NCBI GenBank assembly: GCA_965242965.1
Contig: OZ251518.1
Location: 5,408,001 to 5,472,000, forward strand
DNA length: 64,000 nt
Source of the DNA: Candidatus Poribacteria bacterium
GTDB taxonomy: Bacteria > Poribacteria > WGA-4E > WGA-3G
Direction: 5' to 3'
Both the position numbers and the translations under genes were made by a program. The notes under the pieces are model-generated. The model made no database searches and was not told the origin of the DNA. It worked only from the letters and a program-made list of their open reading frames with translations. Below are positions 59,084-64,000 of this stretch, one piece after another; the first letter of the stretch is position 1; each line of letters opens with the position of its first letter.

Positions 59084-60066
59084 GTATTCTTGACAACTAC
59101 ACCGGATCCATGGTTGGGCAATACGAAAACTTCCCGCAGAGCCGCTATTTAACCTTGGTGGTGCTGCGGAAGGCGGAATCCGAGATGATTTTCCGCACCG
59201 AAGGTTCCGGCGAGGGACTGACACGCGATTCTGTCCACGCAGGACTTCAAAAACGAGAGATTATCTCTCGCGTGACGATTAGCAAGCGGAAACAGACAGC
59301 TGTTGAACGTCGCGCCGGCCGCGAACTTTTGCGGCAGCACAACCTGCTGTTCTATGCGGCGAACAAAGGAAAACGCGAAGAAAGTGCCGATAACATCTGT
59401 GCATTGAACCGCAACAAGCCGTGCGGGATTTGCGTAGACTGCATGATTTACGGTTATGCCGTTGGCGGTGGCGGCGCGCAGAAATCGCGCGTCATTACGG
59501 ACGACGCGTTCAGCATTCTGCCTTACCAAACGGTAACGGCAAAACGAACGTTCAACGCGCTTTACGATAACAACACCATGCGCGATCCTGTGACCGGCAA
59601 GCCGTCTTCCAGCATCCAAGAGGACGAGTATGTCAAGCCTGAAACATTGTTTATTGACATGCAAACCCTCAAGGATTTGACTGCGAATGAGATTCGCTAC
59701 GTCATCGCGAACGTGCTTCGGAGTCGCCGCTACGGAGCCATCTCGTCACGGCTGGGCAAGATGCGGAACACTATCGTCGGAGCGATTTTTAGCGATTGTG
59801 AGCTCTTCAGCAATCTGGAGTTGACACAGCGCGTTTACGACCTGCTCGGTGAACAGGGACGGCAATTTCCACTTGATGAGACGAAAGTCAAGACGGCAAT
59901 TGCCGCGGCGGTAGAAGGACTTGCCGGCGAAGTCATCGGGACGCAAAAACCAATTTCTGAAGAAGAGTTAACCAAACTCATCAAGGAGATTCGGCAGACA
60001 TTCGCATCACCAACTGACGTGAAAGAACTGCTAGAGGCGATTACCGCGCTCTATCCGCGTGGGTAA
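59080..60066 (+). CDS. cas7: Type I-D Cas7/Csc2
   Basis: IFRTEG, SKRKQTAVERR.GR, C.DC.IYGYA.GGG.QKSRV.TD. Confidence 0.93.
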   Translation: MSILDNYTGSMVGQYENFPQSRYLTLVVLRKAESEMIFRTEGSGEGLTRDSVHAGLQKREIISRVTISKRKQTAVERRAGRELLRQHNLLFYAANKGKREESADNICALNRNKPCGICVDCMIYGYAVGGGGAQKSRVITDDAFSILPYQTVTAKRTFNALYDNNTMRDPVTGKPSSSIQEDEYVKPETLFIDMQTLKDLTANEIRYVIANVLRSRRYGAISSRLGKMRNTIVGAIFSDCELFSNLELTQRVYDLLGEQGRQFPLDETKVKTAIAAAVEGLAGEVIGTQKPISEEELTKLIKEIRQTFASPTDVKELLEAITALYPRG

Positions 60067-60112
60067 GTGAGACATGGGGTAGGCATCGCCTACCCTATGC
60101 GGGAGGTATCAC

Positions 60113-60829
60113 ATGCATATTTACCGTTGTGAATTCCAACTCATGGAGAACCTCTTTTTCGCCAGTCGCGAGGTGAACAACTTTTTTCAAACCGAGCCGG
60201 TTATCGGTAACTACGCACTCGCTTACGCGCTCGGGTTGTGTCATGCTGGTTATCACAACAGCGGCGACATCACCTATGCCGAAGATTTGGAGCAGCTCAA
60301 CGAAGCAGGTGTCTATATTACGCCGGGGACGTTGACTGGGAAAACCCGCTTCACGGTGGTGCAATTCAACGCCCTTTCAGACTCGTATTGGTATCAGATG
60401 GAACAGAACGCCATTTCGGTGGACCGGGGGTGCATTTTCAACCCAAGATTGAAAGCACGCGCGGCGAATTTTCCGCAGATTGGACGGCTCAAACTGCTCT
60501 CAATTGGAAACACGGGCGTTTTCTACGTGACAAGCCAAGAAACCGTCCGGATTCCGCGTTACATCCGCCTCGGAAAATTCATGAGCAAGACGAAAATCTC
60601 CGCTCAAAAACAGCACTATCGGGAAACGAAGGCGGAAGACGTATCCTATCCGGATTATCTCAATCCGAACGATCTGCCGCCGGAGACAGAAATTGGCATG
60701 TTTGATTTGCTCAATATTCGTCCGACACCGCTCATTCGCCATGTTCAGTTGTCAGGCGATTTCTATCAGTTAGCGGATGAGGCGAAAACGCGATTGCCCG
60801 CGGGAATGCGGTTTTATACCGATTTTTAG
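60113..60829 (+). CDS. cas5: Type I-D Cas5/Csc1
   Basis: FFASRE...TE..I.NYALAYALG, N.PQ.G, PRYIRLGKFMSK. Confidence 0.92.
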   Translation: MHIYRCEFQLMENLFFASREVNNFFQTEPVIGNYALAYALGLCHAGYHNSGDITYAEDLEQLNEAGVYITPGTLTGKTRFTVVQFNALSDSYWYQMEQNAISVDRGCIFNPRLKARAANFPQIGRLKLLSIGNTGVFYVTSQETVRIPRYIRLGKFMSKTKISAQKQHYRETKAEDVSYPDYLNPNDLPPETEIGMFDLLNIRPTPLIRHVQLSGDFYQLADEAKTRLPAGMRFYTDF

Positions 60830-60917
60830 ATTGACTGCCAGTTTTACCGTAGGGTAGGCATCGCGCTGCTAAATTGTGGTGCAATGCACACCCTACCTAT
60901 TCTATGGAGGCATCCCC

Positions 60918-63239
60918 ATGCCAGAGATAACTGTCACCCTAAATGCCGGGTATGAAAAAATTAACCCGACGAACCAATTTGACTTTAGGCATCCGCCGCT
61001 CTACCATCAACACCGGACTTATGATGCGCTGAAGACGAACGAGCTCGTCATCAACACCTACAACACGGGCACGGGCAAAACACTCGCCTCGCTGCTCCGG
61101 CTGTTCGATCTCGCGGGCGAAAACGTTTTGTTCATCGCCCCGACGAACGAACTCATCCACCAGCATGCGGATGACATTCGCGAGTTTGTTACCGAACACA
61201 GACTGAATTTCGTCGTTGCTGAGGTTACGGGACAAAAGTTGCGTGAATGGCAGGTGGTTGACGCTCCGGGATATCGTGTGAGAAATGCCAGAAAGTTGCA
61301 CGAGCTCATCCAAAACCCGCGCGACTACTTTCCCGAGTTGACACGGCGAACGCCGCTCATCCTCGTCACAAATCCAGATCTCTTTTACCTCTGTTTTTAC
61401 ACTGTCTACTCGCCGTTGGATAGTGCAAACCTTTTCCGCGATTTTCTTGGGGAATTTGACTACGTCGTCATTGACGAGTTTCACTACTACAACGCTAAGC
61501 AGTTTGCCAATTTCCTGATGTTTTTCATGTTGTCAAAAGAGTACGGCTACTTTGAAAAGGGACGGAAAATCTGTCTGCTGTCGGCTACTCCTGATGAGAA
61601 GGTCCTCACCTATCTTGAAAAGATTGGGCTCACCTACGCGCTCGTTAGTTCCGACAATGAACCGGCGGAGAGCAATGCTTATGGGAAGATACAGACCCTC
61701 GCCACGCTGGAATTGACGGTGCATAGTGCCAAGATGCACGAGGTGCTCAAGGCGCAACCTGATAGCATCGGGGCCTTACTTGATTCAGGGATGGACGGTG
61801 CTATCATCAGTAGTTCTCTCCGAACTATTAATGAGATTAAACGGGCCCTTCAACAAGTGGGTCTGCGCGAAAAACTCGGTTTAATCACGGGGGCTGTCAG
61901 CACGCGCGAGCGTCGTGTGGCGACAAAGCAGTTTCCGTGCGTCCTTGCAACCCCCACGGTAGACATCGGATACAACTTCACCAAGGCGGGTAAATCGCGT
62001 CAGAACATCGATTTCGTCTGCTTTGACGCGCTCTATGGCTCTGAGTTTACCCAACGCGTCGGCAGAGCCGGCCGGTTATTGGGCAAACCTGACACCAGTC
62101 ACCTGAGCATCGGCCACGCCTTTGTCCAAGGAAAACTCTATTCGCAGTTGGACGCGGGAGCGAGTTACGAACGGAGAGAGTTTGCCCAAATTGTGAAAGA
62201 GGCATTGGGCGAGGATAACCGTTTTTACCACTACATCCAGTCCTATGCTATTCTGGAAGCGTTCTATCCGCTTTATGAGCATTTCAAGCGAACCTCGGAA
62301 GAACGCCAAGGGCGCGTCCGTGAGATTTTTGACACACTGAAGGAAGTCTTTGCGCCGGAGAGTGATGTCACCTTCGACGAACTTGCGAAAAAGTTACGGT
62401 GGCATTCCACTTACGAAAAAATTATTGAGGCGCACCGTAAGAATGCTTACGACGAATTCATTCAACAGGCACAGGAAAAAGCGGCGTGGAGTTATTTGGA
62501 GCATCAGAGTTGGATCCAGGGCAAATTGGACGAGTTCCGTCTTGTCCCACCTCCACAATTGAACAAGGCAATCAAAGGTTTCCTCAAACGCCGCGCCAAC
62601 CGAGAACAAGTCGTTGAATACGCGAAACAGAAATTTCATCCGATTCAGTCGCTCTTCAACTTTCGGAACTCGGAGATAGGGATTCGGTGCGGTATCTATG
62701 ACCCGAGCCATCTCTTTCAAAACACTGCCAAGCATACCGAGTATGATCTCTTTCACATCTTGGCACACTGCGAATTCACAGTGCTAGATAAGAATGAGTA
62801 TCACAACCGCACCGGCGACCGGGGAAATTACTGCGAATGCTTCGTGCACGTTCGCGATTTCAAAAACCCACCGGCTCGCGTCCAATTTGAATACGATGCC
62901 AGCGGGGTTGATAGGGAAACTTTTGAACAGCAACATTGTTGGGGACCTACCGCGCTGAAAGGATTGCGGTTGGGATTAACCCAGAACGGATATGTTCCAC
63001 TGAAAATTCAAGGTATTGTGGCAGAACGGCATCTCACCTGCCTGCTGTCAAAGATGGAAAATCGCTATGCTCTCAACCGCATTCTTGAGACGAAGCGACA
63101 AGTCGCTTATCCGTTGCACGTAACCTTCGCCGATGGACGACAGGCGGAGTATAAACTCATCTTCGGATCGCAGGCGTTCCTCATTCATGCGGAATTGCAA
63201 GGAAAATCGAAAGAGAAGCAACGTTCGGTAAACCCATAG
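60918..63239 (+). CDS. cas3: Type I-D Cas3' helicase (no HD domain)
   Basis: GGAGG RBS; TGTGKT, PTNEL, DEFHYY, SATP, TPTVDIG, QRVGRAGR. Confidence 0.92.
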   Translation: MPEITVTLNAGYEKINPTNQFDFRHPPLYHQHRTYDALKTNELVINTYNTGTGKTLASLLRLFDLAGENVLFIAPTNELIHQHADDIREFVTEHRLNFVVAEVTGQKLREWQVVDAPGYRVRNARKLHELIQNPRDYFPELTRRTPLILVTNPDLFYLCFYTVYSPLDSANLFRDFLGEFDYVVIDEFHYYNAKQFANFLMFFMLSKEYGYFEKGRKICLLSATPDEKVLTYLEKIGLTYALVSSDNEPAESNAYGKIQTLATLELTVHSAKMHEVLKAQPDSIGALLDSGMDGAIISSSLRTINEIKRALQQVGLREKLGLITGAVSTRERRVATKQFPCVLATPTVDIGYNFTKAGKSRQNIDFVCFDALYGSEFTQRVGRAGRLLGKPDTSHLSIGHAFVQGKLYSQLDAGASYERREFAQIVKEALGEDNRFYHYIQSYAILEAFYPLYEHFKRTSEERQGRVREIFDTLKEVFAPESDVTFDELAKKLRWHSTYEKIIEAHRKNAYDEFIQQAQEKAAWSYLEHQSWIQGKLDEFRLVPPPQLNKAIKGFLKRRANREQVVEYAKQKFHPIQSLFNFRNSEIGIRCGIYDPSHLFQNTAKHTEYDLFHILAHCEFTVLDKNEYHNRTGDRGNYCECFVHVRDFKNPPARVQFEYDASGVDRETFEQQHCWGPTALKGLRLGLTQNGYVPLKIQGIVAERHLTCLLSKMENRYALNRILETKRQVAYPLHVTFADGRQAEYKLIFGSQAFLIHAELQGKSKEKQRSVNP

Positions 63240-63251
63240 GAGGTAAATTCC

Positions 63252-64000
63252 ATGCCAATCAGCACCGTCCTCTCTCTCATACCAGAAACCAACGTGACGC
63301 TACGCCCAACAATGGGACACCACGCACACGCCGCGTTTCTCTCCATCATGAAAGAAGCTAACCGCGAACTTGCCGAGGAACTCCACGCGCAAGCCGCACA
63401 GAAACCTTTCACTGTCTCACCCTTGATGGCGAAAGGCACGCCGCGCGGAAAAAATCAACGCCACATCCGCGCCGGCACCGAATGCAAACTCCGATTCACG
63501 TTCCTTGATGACGAACTCTTCGCGCACTTCGGTGTCGCTTTCTTGACGTTCACCATCCCGCCGATTCAGTTGGGGAACGCAAAGTTTCAGGTGAAAAAGT
63601 GGGTAGCACACGCATCGGATGCGGAAAAGTGGGGCGGCAACGCCACTTACGCTCAACTCATCCAAAACGCATCCGACGATACCCACATCCGACTCCGCTT
63701 CTATTCGCCAACCGCCTTCCGCACGCTGACACCGCGCGGACAGAAAACGCAAAACCACACCCAGATCGATCTGGTGCGCTGTTATCAGAGTTGGATAAAC
63801 AAGTGGAACGCTTTCTCACCTGTCAAATTGGAGAAAACTGAGTTCCTCGCATTCATCGCCGAACACGCGCGGCTATCGCAAGCCGAAACGAAAACACGTG
63901 CCCTCAACTTCGGACGACACACCGAAATCGGATGCGTAGGGCACTGCACATGTCGCCTCGTTTCTGAGGACCCGCAACATCTTCGCCACATTCTGATCGC
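63252..64000 (+). CDS. cas6: CRISPR RNA endoribonuclease Cas6 (partial, runs off the window)
   Basis: GGAGG RBS; HAAFL...LH...KPFTVSPL, F.SPTAF, KWNAFS, G.VG. Confidence 0.88.
   Translation, partial: MPISTVLSLIPETNVTLRPTMGHHAHAAFLSIMKEANRELAEELHAQAAQKPFTVSPLMAKGTPRGKNQRHIRAGTECKLRFTFLDDELFAHFGVAFLTFTIPPIQLGNAKFQVKKWVAHASDAEKWGGNATYAQLIQNASDDTHIRLRFYSPTAFRTLTPRGQKTQNHTQIDLVRCYQSWINKWNAFSPVKLEKTEFLAFIAEHARLSQAETKTRALNFGRHTEIGCVGHCTCRLVSEDPQHLRHILI

Overview
Bacterial chromosomal window of moderate GC. The dense GTAG-type palindromic repeats and gene style suggest Candidatus Poribacteria, but that is an inference, not proven. Housekeeping and transport genes are a peptide ABC transporter, an ECF sigma/anti-sigma pair, pepP, rpiA, an M20 peptidase, an MFS transporter, a TonB/TBDR locus, a MalK-type ATPase, a Cof HAD, minCD with two minE copies, a LarA-family racemase, a GlmU-like enzyme and bioD. 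Defence modules are interleaved: (i) three tandem MNT-HEPN fusion genes and two tandem methyltransferase-Mrr fusions inside the ABC operon; (ii) an SNF2/DUF1156/DUF499 restriction-like cluster; (iii) an orphan type III mod gene frameshifted at a G9 tract; (iv) at the right end a WYL regulator, a DUF3800 gene and a type I-D cas operon (cas10d with internal cas11d, cas7, cas5, cas3, partial cas6). The best candidate for a new system is the DUF3800 gene facing a convergent two-unit structured RNA with its own consensus promoter and terminator, lying between the WYL gene and the cas operon. Intergenic DNA carries many REP-like hairpins and a MITE with terminal inverted repeats. No CRISPR array, tRNA, rRNA or transposase was recognised. 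All family assignments come from motif recognition by eye, not database searches.
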